NCBI GenBank assembly: GCA_963932905.1
Contig: CAWVRN010000003.1
Location: forward strand, 32,001 to 96,000
Direction of reading: 5' to 3'
DNA from: an uncultured Bdellovibrio sp.
GTDB lineage: Bacteria > Bdellovibrionota > Bdellovibrionia > Bdellovibrionales > Bdellovibrionaceae
DNA length: 64,000 bases
The position numbers and the translations under genes were made by a program. Within the stretch, counting starts at the first letter, position 1. The number at the start of each line of letters is the position of its first letter. This document shows, one piece after another, positions 26,824-35,999 of the stretch. The notes beneath the pieces were generated by a model. The model searched no databases and had not been told where the DNA came from. It saw only the letters and a list, made by a program, of their open reading frames with translations.

Positions 26824-26980
26824 AGGAAGTCATTTGCTTTGCTTCTCTTAGCGCTTGCAAGTTCGCTGTATCAGCATCGCTCCAATAATCTTCAAAATAA
26901 AAACAACTCACGCAGTGTGAATACGTCCGCAGAACCTCTAAAATTCCCCCGCAGCGCGGGCATCTTTGTGTTATTGCCAT
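26762..26980 (-). CDS. Zinc-ribbon protein (CPRC...CVSC)
   Basis: Two CxxC pairs; AAGGGGG RBS; first gene of the transfer operon. Confidence 0.6.
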   Translation of the reverse strand: MAITQRCPRCGGILEVLRTYSHCVSCFYFEDYWSDADTANLQALREAKQMTSYEENEICNSLEAANDDKECA

Positions 26981-27223
26981 AATTGGCCCCCTTTAAAAGG
27001 ACGCTTGTTTTAATGTCCTTTCACCAATTACTAATGCAAAAAGAGATAGACTTTGTGCCAGCAGATTAAAATATTGAATTTACTAGCAGATTCTATCTGC
27101 TGAAAAAAATACCTAGGTCAGGTAAGTTCGTTTTTGCGGAGTTTGAGTTCGCATAAAATAAAAATAGTCGCTGATTTGCTTTAGGTAGGCTCAAGTCGCT
27201 AAGGCACTCTTGTTAATAACCAG

Positions 27224-27637
27224 CTAGATGCTTTTCTTAAATTCAATAAGACGAGCCTGAATATTGTCCCGGGCTTCACGAAAGCGGAGTAGTGATTCTT
27301 GTTCGGAGAGAGGTTCTTTCGTTACTGGGTCTGGAAATGGCCAATGAAGTTTTTTTGCCGTTTGCGACGGAAGAACCGGGCATATCTCTTCCGCACACAA
27401 AGTAATAATATAATCGAGATTAGCTAAAAATTTGGGACTTAGCTCATTCTTCGATTTTGAAAAATGCTTTGAAATATCAAGATTGATCTCCTTCATCACG
27501 TGCACAGCAAAGGGAGTAAGTTTTCCTGGATGAGAACCTGCGCTTTGAACTTCAGCGTCTGGAAATAAACTACGAGCCAGTCCTTCAGCCAATTGGCTAC
27601 GAGCTGAGTTTGCAACGCACATAAAAAGTATTTTCAT
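27224..27637 (-). CDS. arsC: Arsenate reductase, thioredoxin-coupled LMW-PTP type
   Basis: CVANSARSQ P-loop, LC....CP, HWPFPDP. Confidence 0.9.
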   Translation of the reverse strand: MKILFMCVANSARSQLAEGLARSLFPDAEVQSAGSHPGKLTPFAVHVMKEINLDISKHFSKSKNELSPKFLANLDYIITLCAEEICPVLPSQTAKKLHWPFPDPVTKEPLSEQESLLRFREARDNIQARLIEFKKSI

Positions 27638-27669
27638 TGGTGACCCCCAAAAAGTCGCGCAGAGCCTAT

Positions 27670-28203
27670 TTAGATATGCGCTCGGCTTCGTCTTAGCCGA
27701 TAGCTGCCTTCAATCGAAACAAAACCACCAATCATTGCACCGACTATCCATAGGACAACAAATGTTCCAACAAGCTCAGCACCAAAGAAATAGAACGCTG
27801 CTAGGGAAGCAAGCCCAATGACTCCTGTTTGCAGCCATTCATAGCGCTTTATGGACTCAAGCTCTTCGAGACTTAAAAATAAATTCGCAAACATATAGGT
27901 CGTTGCCATAAAGAACAATCCACAAAGGAGCATACAAAAATTATGGCCAGCCACTTTCATAAACCAGTTCGTCAAAGATTGCTGAGTATCAAAGGGATTA
28001 AGTCCAAATTGATTACAAACAGCCAAAGACATAAATCCAACAACGACATGAATAGTAGTAACTTTACCAAACACAATCCATGGATTTGGAAAAAGACGAT
28101 TCTTTATTTGAGTAAATGTTGATCGCGGCACCTGCACTTGGTCCGTATTGATAGTAGAGAATTCTGTATATTCTTTAAGCCATTCTGTGTGTTCTTTAGA
28201 CAT
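27670..28203 (-). CDS. Membrane anti-sigma-like protein with intramembrane His/Cys cluster
   Basis: 3 bp downstream of the ECF gene; ~4 TMs; H...C.QFG and H.FCMLLCG. Confidence 0.6.
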   Translation of the reverse strand: MSKEHTEWLKEYTEFSTINTDQVQVPRSTFTQIKNRLFPNPWIVFGKVTTIHVVVGFMSLAVCNQFGLNPFDTQQSLTNWFMKVAGHNFCMLLCGLFFMATTYMFANLFLSLEELESIKRYEWLQTGVIGLASLAAFYFFGAELVGTFVVLWIVGAMIGGFVSIEGSYRLRRSRAHI

Positions 28204-28206
28204 AAA

Positions 28207-28743
28207 TTATTCTCCTTTTCCGTTAAAAGCTTGGCGCAGCTTTTTAATTCCGCGACTAACAAGCTGTCTTGCATTTTCTGGCGACGTTGAAAGTCGCGCG
28301 GCTATTTCTTCAAACGTTTCCTCATCATAGACACGCAGTCGAATCGCCTGCTGCTGTTGCTGAGGCAAAGTTTCTAAAACTTCAGTTAAATTCTTATCCA
28401 CAGCTTCCGGCTCTAAAATAGAAATTTGCTCAAGGTCTTTAACATCAACAGAGTCTTCCAAATTCTTCTTTTTAGAATAATCAAAAAGCACAGAGCGCGT
28501 GATCGAAAACAACCAGGGTGCAAACGGAAGAGTGACATTGTACAGATGCTTTGAGCGATGCAGTTTAAAAAAGACCTCTTGAAGAAGATCATTCGCTTCT
28601 TTCTTTTTGGCTATTCTTTGAGACAAAAAACCAAGAACACGCGCCGAGTGACGGTGAAATAAAATATCAAACGCAGCTACTATACCCTTTTGATAATTCT
28701 CCATAAGTTCTTCATCTGATTTTGTTTCCAAATCTTTTGACAT
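28207..28743 (-). CDS. ECF RNA polymerase sigma factor
   Basis: SDEELM, DLLQEVF, F..WL..I.R, LP.QQ..AI.L....F.EIA..L...RG. Confidence 0.93.
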   Translation of the reverse strand: MSKDLETKSDEELMENYQKGIVAAFDILFHRHSARVLGFLSQRIAKKKEANDLLQEVFFKLHRSKHLYNVTLPFAPWLFSITRSVLFDYSKKKNLEDSVDVKDLEQISILEPEAVDKNLTEVLETLPQQQQQAIRLRVYDEETFEEIAARLSTSPENARQLVSRGIKKLRQAFNGKGE

Positions 28744-28759
28744 CCCTTCTTGCTAGTTA

Positions 28760-28787
28760 ATACGATCGAAATACGGTAATTGTGACA
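28760..28787 (-). promoter_or_regulatory. ECF promoter TGTCACA-N15-TCGTAT (autoregulatory, sigma gene)
   Basis: One of four copies with identical boxes and spacing. Confidence 0.8.
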
Positions 28788-28840
28788 CGAGCTAATTAAA
28801 AAGGTCAAAACCCAAGTTATTTCAATGTGTTGCGTTTTTT

Positions 28841-28868
28841 TGTCACAAATGAGAGGTTTTCATCGTAT
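28841..28868 (+). promoter_or_regulatory. ECF promoter TGTCACA-N15-TCGTAT (cusCBA-like operon)
   Basis: Exact motif, 8 nt before ATG 28877. Confidence 0.8.
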
Positions 28869-28876
28869 CTACAAAT

Positions 28877-30079
28877 ATGAAAACATGGTTTCTTTGGTCT
28901 GTCTCACTTTTATATATTTTATCGCCATTAATGGCTAGAGCTCAGGTACTCACTCTAGATGCATTCTTAGAGTCAGTAAAAAAAGAGAGTCCTGATTTTA
29001 TTATTGAAAAAGCAAACCTTGAAGCCGCTAACGCCAAAGCCAGTGGTATTCGAATTAATCCACCCATGATTGGCCTAATGCAAATGAAGGAGAGTGGAAA
29101 CTCAAGAAATGGATATGAAGTTTCACAAGAACTTCCGTTTCCGACAAAAATCGCCCAAGACAAAAAAGTTCGCGACCTTGAACTTGAAACCCAGAAGGAA
29201 AATAGCAGCTACCAAAAAGCGCTCATCTTAAATGAGGCTAGAAATGCCTATCTTGGTTTTTGGAGTAACTATGAAAAACTTCAAATTTTAAAAGATAAAC
29301 ATCACTGGCTTAAACATCACGTATCTTTAACTAGATCCGCTACACGCTCAGATAGCCTGGCCCAAGTTCATCTTCTAGAAGTTGAGTCTGATAGTGACCT
29401 TGTTGAGAATGAGATTTTGAGTCTTGATGCGGATCTATTAGAAAAAAGAAATGCACTTAAAATGTATGCGCCATCATTAGACGTGGAATCATCTCTTCCA
29501 AAAGAGCCAGTTTTACCTGCAATTGAGATCGAAAAAGCGAGTCGATCGTTGGTGACATTAAAAGAAAAAGAAGTCGCTACTTTAGAAGCTCAAGAGAATC
29601 TTAAAAAGCAGAGCTATATTCCTGATCTTTTTCTAAGACTGCGATCCTTTGACGGGAGTGAAACAGCTTCAAGCAATCAAGAGATCATGGTTGGAATCAC
29701 CCTACCGTTTCTATATTTCTGGCAGCCAAACGCAGAAGTGGCTGAAGCCTCAGCGCAGAGAATGAAAGCCCAAGCAGAACTTCAGAAGACAAAAACTGCA
29801 TTTGATACGCGATTTTCCACACTCACGAAAAAGATGGAATCTCTAAAAGCCCAGCTTACAAATTTAAAAGAGAAACTGATTCCTAGAGCCGAGAAACGAA
29901 GAAAGCTTGTCACTAATCTCTCAACTCGCACCATGGAAGGCTTGGATGAACATAAATCAGTTGTGATCGGGTTATTAGATTTAAAAATGAAAGCCATTGA
30001 TCTTAGACTTGAATATGAAAACACCTTTAAAGAAATTTTAAAACTCACGGGAGCTGATTCAAAAGCAGATACATTATGA
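28877..30079 (+). CDS. TolC/CusC-family outer-membrane efflux protein
   Basis: Signal peptide; NPP....SQELPFP and YIPD...GITLP repeats. Confidence 0.85.
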   Translation: MKTWFLWSVSLLYILSPLMARAQVLTLDAFLESVKKESPDFIIEKANLEAANAKASGIRINPPMIGLMQMKESGNSRNGYEVSQELPFPTKIAQDKKVRDLELETQKENSSYQKALILNEARNAYLGFWSNYEKLQILKDKHHWLKHHVSLTRSATRSDSLAQVHLLEVESDSDLVENEILSLDADLLEKRNALKMYAPSLDVESSLPKEPVLPAIEIEKASRSLVTLKEKEVATLEAQENLKKQSYIPDLFLRLRSFDGSETASSNQEIMVGITLPFLYFWQPNAEVAEASAQRMKAQAELQKTKTAFDTRFSTLTKKMESLKAQLTNLKEKLIPRAEKRRKLVTNLSTRTMEGLDEHKSVVIGLLDLKMKAIDLRLEYENTFKEILKLTGADSKADTL

Positions 30080-30909
30080 AAAAAATAATTTTTTTTGGAT
30101 CACTTGTGATTACGGCTTTTTCATGGGCTCCCAAGGCTTACTCTCAAGATAAAGACACCAATTCGAAATCTCCTGCCATTGGTTCAAATCACGAGGACCC
30201 CGACGGATACTATACATGTCCTATGCACCCGCAGGTTCATGAACACAAAGCAGGAAAGTGTCCCATTTGCGGAATGCCATTAGTTAAAACCGCTGGAAAA
30301 AAACAAGAGGCAAAAAAAGAATCTATCGAGGACTCTGAGATTTCTGTCACCAATACTCAGTTGAGCCTTGCTGGTATCGGCAAATACACTGTGACTCGAA
30401 AGGAATTAATCTTTTCGGTACCCGTATCTGGCAGAATGATTTCATCAAGAGACATTGCTTTTCAGGTTTTTGAATCAGATCTTCAGGTTGTTAAGAATGG
30501 CCTTGAATTTACAGGCTCCCCGTCTTCATCTCCGGATAAAAAACTAAAAGGACAGATTCGCTCTGTTGATTCCATGCTTGATCCTTCCAGCCGTACCATT
30601 CGCGTGATTGGAACTTTGTCTCAAACCCCTAAAAGATTTGTACTAGAAGGAAGCTTTGATGGCGAAATTCAATCTAAAGAGAAAAACCAAATTACTGTTC
30701 CTGAAGACGCCGTTTTACACACGGGCAAAGGTAGTCTCGTTTATGTTTTTACTTCTGACAATAACCTTAAACCTGTCTCCGTAACTTTAGGAAAACGAGC
30801 CTCGTCTAAGGAATATCAAATTCTTTCTGGTTTAAACGAAGGCGATGTCATTTCAACTGGCCCCAATTTCCTGATTGATTCAGAAGCCAAGATTCGAGGC
30901 GCCCATTGA
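30076..30909 (+). CDS. CusB-like periplasmic adaptor with YTCPMHP metal-binding domain (short, no hairpin)
   Basis: YYTCPMHP..CPICGMPL; SRTIRV; VPEDAVLHTG; GLNEGD.I...NFLIDSE. Confidence 0.8.
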   Translation: MKKIIFFGSLVITAFSWAPKAYSQDKDTNSKSPAIGSNHEDPDGYYTCPMHPQVHEHKAGKCPICGMPLVKTAGKKQEAKKESIEDSEISVTNTQLSLAGIGKYTVTRKELIFSVPVSGRMISSRDIAFQVFESDLQVVKNGLEFTGSPSSSPDKKLKGQIRSVDSMLDPSSRTIRVIGTLSQTPKRFVLEGSFDGEIQSKEKNQITVPEDAVLHTGKGSLVYVFTSDNNLKPVSVTLGKRASSKEYQILSGLNEGDVISTGPNFLIDSEAKIRGAH

Positions 30910-33900
30910 TCAAACGTATCATCGAGTTCTCTGCTACAAACCGGCTTTTGATCTTGATGGTTACGGCCGTGTTTATGGGACTTGGCGTTTACTCGGTTCA
31001 AAAAATTCCCCTTGATGCCATTCCTGATCTATCGGACACGCAAGTGATCATCTATTCTAAATGGGATCGCTCGCCGGAGATTTTGGAAAAACAAGTTACT
31101 TATCCTATTGTAGCCGCATTACTTGGAGCACCTAAAATCAAATCGGTGCGCGGTTTTTCTGATTATGGTTATTCTTATGTGTACGTGATTTTTGAAGATG
31201 GTACGGATCTCTATTGGGCGCGAAGCCGAGTCGTTGAATATTTAAGTCGAATTACAAATCAATTACCACAAGGAGTGCAAACGGAACTTGGGCCTGATGC
31301 AACAAGTGTCGGTTGGGTCTATCAGTATGCTCTTGTTGATGAAACCGCAAAGCTTAATTCTGGAGATTTAAGATCTTTGCAAGACTGGACCATTCGCTAT
31401 CAACTTCAATCGGTTCCAGGAGTTGCCGAAGTCGCTAGTGTTGGGGGTTTTGTTAAGCAGTTTCAAGTTAAAGTCGATCCAAGAAAGCTTGAGCTCTATC
31501 AACTAACATTGTCGCAAGTCTTAGATGCTGTTAGAAACACAAATCAAGAATCTGGCGGACGAGTCATTGAGTTTTCGGGAACAGAAGCCATGGTCAGATC
31601 TCAAGGATTGATTTCATCGATTGAAGAAATTGAAAATGCGGTAGTTACCTATCCACTTAAAAGCCGCGCTCCTATATTACTTAAACAAGTAGCTCAAGTT
31701 TCCATCGGTCCTGAAATGCGCAGAGGCATCACAGACTTTAACGGCCAAGGTGATACCGTTGGCGGCATCATAGTGATGAGGCAAGGAGAGGATGCTCCTT
31801 CTGTTATTGATCGTGTTAAAACTAGGATCGCCGACATTCAAAAATCTTTACCCGAAGGCGTAAAAATTAAAACTGTCTACGATCGATCAGACCTTATTCA
31901 TCGAGCCATTGAAACTCTAAAAGGCACTTTGATTGAAGAACTTGTTATCGTGAGTCTTGTCATTCTTCTATTCCTTTGGCATGTGCCTTCCGCGATTGTT
32001 CCTATTGTTACCATTCCTATTGCAGTTCTTCTCTCTTTCCTTCCTCTTTGGCTATTAGGTCAAAGCGCTAACATCATGCTCTTAGCCGGTATTGCGATAT
32101 CCATTGGTGTTCTTGTCGATGGCGCGATTGTGGAAGTTGAAAATGCCTATCGAAAAATTCAGCTTTGGGATGAAGGCGGACGCAAAGAGAGTTTTTTTAA
32201 AGTCAGGCTTGAGGCTTTGACTGAAGTAGGTCCTTCGGTTTTCTTCTCTCTTCTTGTGATTGCGGTTGCCTTTCTTCCCATTTTCACCCTGGTGGATCAA
32301 GAAGGTCGTCTATTTAGACCACTAGCACTCTCAAAAAACCTGGCGATGGGGATTGCTGCACTTCTTGCTATCACTTTAGATCCTGCGATGCGAATGCTTT
32401 TTGCTCGGCCCGATAATTTTAAAGGCCCATATACTTGGCTCAATTCGATCGGAAATGTTCTTCTTGTTGGAAAATACTATTCTGAACACAAGCATCCGAT
32501 CAGCCGCAGACTTTTTGCTATTTATGAGCCAGTTTTGCACTGGGTTCTGGAGAGAAAGAAGTTTGTTCTTTCTATTGCATTTACTGCTGTTCTTTCGATT
32601 TTTCCTGGCTTTGCGATGCTGGGAACAGAGTTTATGCCAACTCTCCATGAAGGTAGCTTGCTCTATATGCCGACCGCCCTTCCTGGGCTTTCTGTTTCTG
32701 AAGCGCAAAGAATTTTAACGGTTCAAGATCAAATCCTTAAATCTTTTCCGGAAGTGGATACCGTCTTTGGAAAAGCTGGACGTGCAGAAACTTCAACTGA
32801 TACAGCACCGCTATCGATGATTGAAACGACGATTGTTCTTAAACCGAAATCTGAGTGGCGAAAAGAAAACCGTTTTTATTCATCTTTGCCAGAAATTCTT
32901 AAGGCGCCGTTAACGCGAATTTGGCCAGAAACGATTTCAGAAGAAGCACTTGTGAGTGAAATGAATGAGAAGCTCAGCTTCCTTGGAATGCCAAATATCT
33001 GGACTATGCCGATTAAAAACCGAATCGATATGCTTTCAACCGGTATCAGAAGCCCAATTGGTGTGAAAGTTTTTGGCTCGGATGTAAAGACAATCGAGAA
33101 GATCGGACGCGAACTTGAGAGTGTAATTCAAAAACTAGAAGGCGCAAGAACCGTCGTCGCCGAACGAATTGCGAGCGGCTATTTTTTAGATATTGATTTT
33201 GATCGTAACAAACTTAAAACCTATGGCCTCTCACTAAAAGAAGCGCAAGACCAAGCCATGGCAGCTATTGGCGGAGAAAACGTTTCAACCGCTTTGATGG
33301 GCCGAGAACGCTATCCGATCCAAGTTCGCTTTGCTGCTGATTTTCGCCAAGACATCGAACGAATCAATCGAGTCTTGATTTCAGCTCCCACGGGAGCTCA
33401 GCTTCCCTTAGGGGAAATCGCTAAAGTGAAAGTTAACGACGGCGCTTCCATGATCCGTGATGAAAACGCATCTCTTGTTGGTTACGTGTATGTCGATATT
33501 GATCCATCAAAAATCGATATTGGTAGTTTTGTTGAACACGCTAAGAAAGCCGTTAGTGACCAGGTTAAACTCCCGACAGGCTACACGCTTGCTTGGAGCG
33601 GCCAATACGAAAACATGGAACGAGTTAAAGAGCGCCTTAAAATCGTAATCCCTTTGACGCTTTTCCTTATTATTCTGCTTCTGCATTTTAATACCAAGTC
33701 GTGGATAAAAACTGGAATTATTCTATTAGCCGTTCCATTCTCGCTGATTGGCGCAGTGTGGATTTTAGTGGCGCTCGACTACAATCTTTCCATTGCGGCC
33801 TGGGTTGGAATGATTGCACTTCTTGGCCTTGATGCTGAGACCGGTGTTTTTATGCTGATGTATTTAGATCTATCTTATCATGATCGCGAAAAACGAGGTT

Positions 33901-34172
33901 TAATGAAATCCCGAAAAGATCTTCACGATGCTGTGATTGAAGGTGCGGTTCATAGAGTTAGACCAAAGCTAATGACCGTTATGGCTCTATTTATGGGGCT
34001 TATCCCAATCATGTGGTCTATCGGCGCTGGCGCTGATGTCATGAAACGAATTGCAGCCCCGATGATTGGTGGGCTTTTCACTTCGTTCATTTTAGAGCTG
34101 CTCATTTATCCAGTTATATTTTATATTTGGAAAGAAAAAGAACTTTTAACACAAACTAAGGAGATAACATGA
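30906..34172 (+). CDS. cusA: CusA/SilA-type Cu/Ag RND permease
   Basis: PLDAIPDLSD; Met triad context LLYMP / APLSMIET / WTMPI; RVRPKLMT. Confidence 0.92.
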   Translation: MIKRIIEFSATNRLLILMVTAVFMGLGVYSVQKIPLDAIPDLSDTQVIIYSKWDRSPEILEKQVTYPIVAALLGAPKIKSVRGFSDYGYSYVYVIFEDGTDLYWARSRVVEYLSRITNQLPQGVQTELGPDATSVGWVYQYALVDETAKLNSGDLRSLQDWTIRYQLQSVPGVAEVASVGGFVKQFQVKVDPRKLELYQLTLSQVLDAVRNTNQESGGRVIEFSGTEAMVRSQGLISSIEEIENAVVTYPLKSRAPILLKQVAQVSIGPEMRRGITDFNGQGDTVGGIIVMRQGEDAPSVIDRVKTRIADIQKSLPEGVKIKTVYDRSDLIHRAIETLKGTLIEELVIVSLVILLFLWHVPSAIVPIVTIPIAVLLSFLPLWLLGQSANIMLLAGIAISIGVLVDGAIVEVENAYRKIQLWDEGGRKESFFKVRLEALTEVGPSVFFSLLVIAVAFLPIFTLVDQEGRLFRPLALSKNLAMGIAALLAITLDPAMRMLFARPDNFKGPYTWLNSIGNVLLVGKYYSEHKHPISRRLFAIYEPVLHWVLERKKFVLSIAFTAVLSIFPGFAMLGTEFMPTLHEGSLLYMPTALPGLSVSEAQRILTVQDQILKSFPEVDTVFGKAGRAETSTDTAPLSMIETTIVLKPKSEWRKENRFYSSLPEILKAPLTRIWPETISEEALVSEMNEKLSFLGMPNIWTMPIKNRIDMLSTGIRSPIGVKVFGSDVKTIEKIGRELESVIQKLEGARTVVAERIASGYFLDIDFDRNKLKTYGLSLKEAQDQAMAAIGGENVSTALMGRERYPIQVRFAADFRQDIERINRVLISAPTGAQLPLGEIAKVKVNDGASMIRDENASLVGYVYVDIDPSKIDIGSFVEHAKKAVSDQVKLPTGYTLAWSGQYENMERVKERLKIVIPLTLFLIILLLHFNTKSWIKTGIILLAVPFSLIGAVWILVALDYNLSIAAWVGMIALLGLDAETGVFMLMYLDLSYHDREKRGLMKSRKDLHDAVIEGAVHRVRPKLMTVMALFMGLIPIMWSIGAGADVMKRIAAPMIGGLFTSFILELLIYPVIFYIWKEKELLTQTKEIT

Positions 34173-34501
34173 AAAATATATTAATCGCTCTCGTTGCAAT
34201 TTTTGGTTTACAGATGGCCTATGCGAAGGAAGAGACAAAGACAATCGCACTAAAGGTAACTGAAAATGGATTTGAACCCAGCGAGATCAAGGTTAAACCA
34301 GGAACTCACGTTATTCTAAACGTAACACGAATAACCAACAACACGTGTGCGACGTCCATCCAAGTAAAGGAAAAGAAAATTAAGGCCGAATTAAAAGAAC
34401 AAAATAAAATGGTTCCAGCTGATCTTGGGGTTGTTCAAAAAGGCAACATTCGCTTTGCCTGCGGTATGGATATGATTACAGGTCACATTGTTGTTGAGTA
34501 A
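34169..34501 (+). CDS. Cupredoxin-domain periplasmic protein (CupA-like)
   Basis: GFEPSEI.V..G, TCA, FACGMDMITG. Confidence 0.85.
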   Translation: MKNILIALVAIFGLQMAYAKEETKTIALKVTENGFEPSEIKVKPGTHVILNVTRITNNTCATSIQVKEKKIKAELKEQNKMVPADLGVVQKGNIRFACGMDMITGHIVVE

Positions 34502-34517
34502 CAGCTAATGCTAAACA

Positions 34518-34545
34518 TGTCACAAACTTTGCATCCTCATCGTAT
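34518..34545 (+). promoter_or_regulatory. ECF promoter TGTCACA-N15-TCGTAT
   Basis: Exact motif upstream of 34591. Confidence 0.8.
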
Positions 34546-34590
34546 TAAGTAATATCCGCAGATGATTTCTGCGTTAATTAAGGAGGTATT

Positions 34591-34950
34591 ATGAAAAACA
34601 TGATAGTCGCAATAGTAGGATTGCTGGCACTAAATTCTTTTGGTGCCAAAACAGTTAAGTACTCCCCTACTAACTCAAACACACAAGAAGTAAAAATTGA
34701 GTTAGGAGCATCGGATGGATTAAAAGTAGGCGATAAAATCAGAGCCTTAGAAAAAGATTGCACATTTGACGGGCGATCAAAAGGCTGTGGATACACAACT
34801 GTCGGATTCTTGACCGTTGAAAAAGTAGATGGTGAGAAATCAGTGATTGCTAAACCCGATTCTGATTTAAAACTGAATGAAAACATTTATTTTGAGAAAG
34901 ATAGCACTTGCCAAGATAAACGCACATCACGTGATAAAGGATGTTATTAG
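34591..34950 (+). CDS. Secreted hypothetical protein (small beta domain, 4 Cys)
   Basis: AAGGAGG RBS, signal peptide, LGASDGLKVGD motif. Confidence 0.7.
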   Translation: MKNMIVAIVGLLALNSFGAKTVKYSPTNSNTQEVKIELGASDGLKVGDKIRALEKDCTFDGRSKGCGYTTVGFLTVEKVDGEKSVIAKPDSDLKLNENIYFEKDSTCQDKRTSRDKGCY

Positions 34951-34958
34951 TCTTATTG

Positions 34959-34994
34959 GAACCTCTCCATACCATTAAAGAGATGGAGAGGTTC
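34959..34994 (+). terminator. Intrinsic terminator-like hairpin
   Basis: GAACCTCTCCAT-N12-ATGGAGAGGTTC followed by TAATTTT. Confidence 0.7.
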
Positions 34995-35128
34995 TAATTT
35001 TAAAATGTTATTTAACTAAAAAACTAAGCAAAAATAAATTTTTCTGCAATTCGACAAGTTAATCATTTCTTATAGGCAAGACTAACGCCTTAAATTAATC
35101 CAACTTCGCTGTTTTTTTTAGATAGAGT

Positions 35129-35156
35129 TCAAATTTTTAGATTTTTTTCCGATTAG
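35129..35156 (+). promoter_or_regulatory. Sigma28 (FliA)-like promoter TCAAA-N15-CCGATTAG
   Basis: Near-consensus boxes just before ATG 35163. Confidence 0.4.
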
Positions 35157-35162
35157 TCATTT

Positions 35163-35906
35163 ATGAAAAAAATTCTATTAATTTTATCAGTTTTCTTTGC
35201 GTTTGGTTGTTCAAAGTCAGATATCGATGTCAGTGATTTGGCCTCAACGGATATGGATCACATTGGCGAAGAACCGATTGGCTTGCCAGATGATATTCCT
35301 CCTGCACCTGAAGTTTCTAATCCAGAAGTAAGCTCTAGATCTTCAAATTTTTCGTTAAATAAGAATCCGCTGCAATTAGCCAATGGCCTTGCTCAAGTTT
35401 GGAATGGCTGCGATTCAAATTCAAATGTAATGGGTGGATACAACAGTGATACAATTTGCGGAAAAGGATACTTTCACCCGCTTTTTGCTCAACACTTGAA
35501 TAAGTATTTTTTCGAATGCGTTGAAGATGCCGCCGAGGCTGCGAAACTCCCTGCGCCAGTGCAAGTTTTTGTTAGGCACCTAGGAACATACTCAAACCGA
35601 AACGGTCGAGGATCTAGCGCATTGAGTATGCATGCCTATGCGCGCGCTATCGACATAGCTCAATTTAACTTGTTAGATCGAACAGGACAAATAACAAAAA
35701 TTAGCAACGAAATGAAAAATTACAAAGGGGCTACCTCAATTTTTTACGATAGCTTTAGAGCGTGCTGGAAGTCCTCACTTCCAGCAACTTGTATCCCTGG
35801 AAAGAAAGAATACAATGGTTCAATTGGACACCCTCTTTCTTCCTTGGGCGGCAACAATTTACACACGCGCCATATACATCTCTCATTTCCTTTTTGCGCC
35901 GAGTAG
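35163..35906 (+). CDS. Extensin-like C-terminal family lipoprotein (Zn peptidase-like H-D-H)
   Basis: Lipobox AFGC; GTY..R...SMHAYARAID; HTRHIHL. Confidence 0.75.
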   Translation: MKKILLILSVFFAFGCSKSDIDVSDLASTDMDHIGEEPIGLPDDIPPAPEVSNPEVSSRSSNFSLNKNPLQLANGLAQVWNGCDSNSNVMGGYNSDTICGKGYFHPLFAQHLNKYFFECVEDAAEAAKLPAPVQVFVRHLGTYSNRNGRGSSALSMHAYARAIDIAQFNLLDRTGQITKISNEMKNYKGATSIFYDSFRACWKSSLPATCIPGKKEYNGSIGHPLSSLGGNNLHTRHIHLSFPFCAE

Positions 35907-35999
35907 CTCAACTAGTGACTTGTTCAAAGAAACCTATTTTACTTATTTAAACGCAGTAAAACTGGGTCTTCTATTTATCACAAACTTTATATTTTTAGG

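Larger units (their letters stand above)
14100..27110 (-). mobile_element. Integrative conjugative element core (int-xis, relaxase, coupling ATPase, reduced T4SS); metal cargo probably continues to the window end
   Basis: Co-oriented, tightly packed integrase, excisionase and VirB-like genes. Boundaries are approximate. Confidence 0.85.

Noticed and set aside
27045..27060. Sigma54 promoter (TGGCAC on the minus strand)
   Set aside because: No TTGC at the -12 position.
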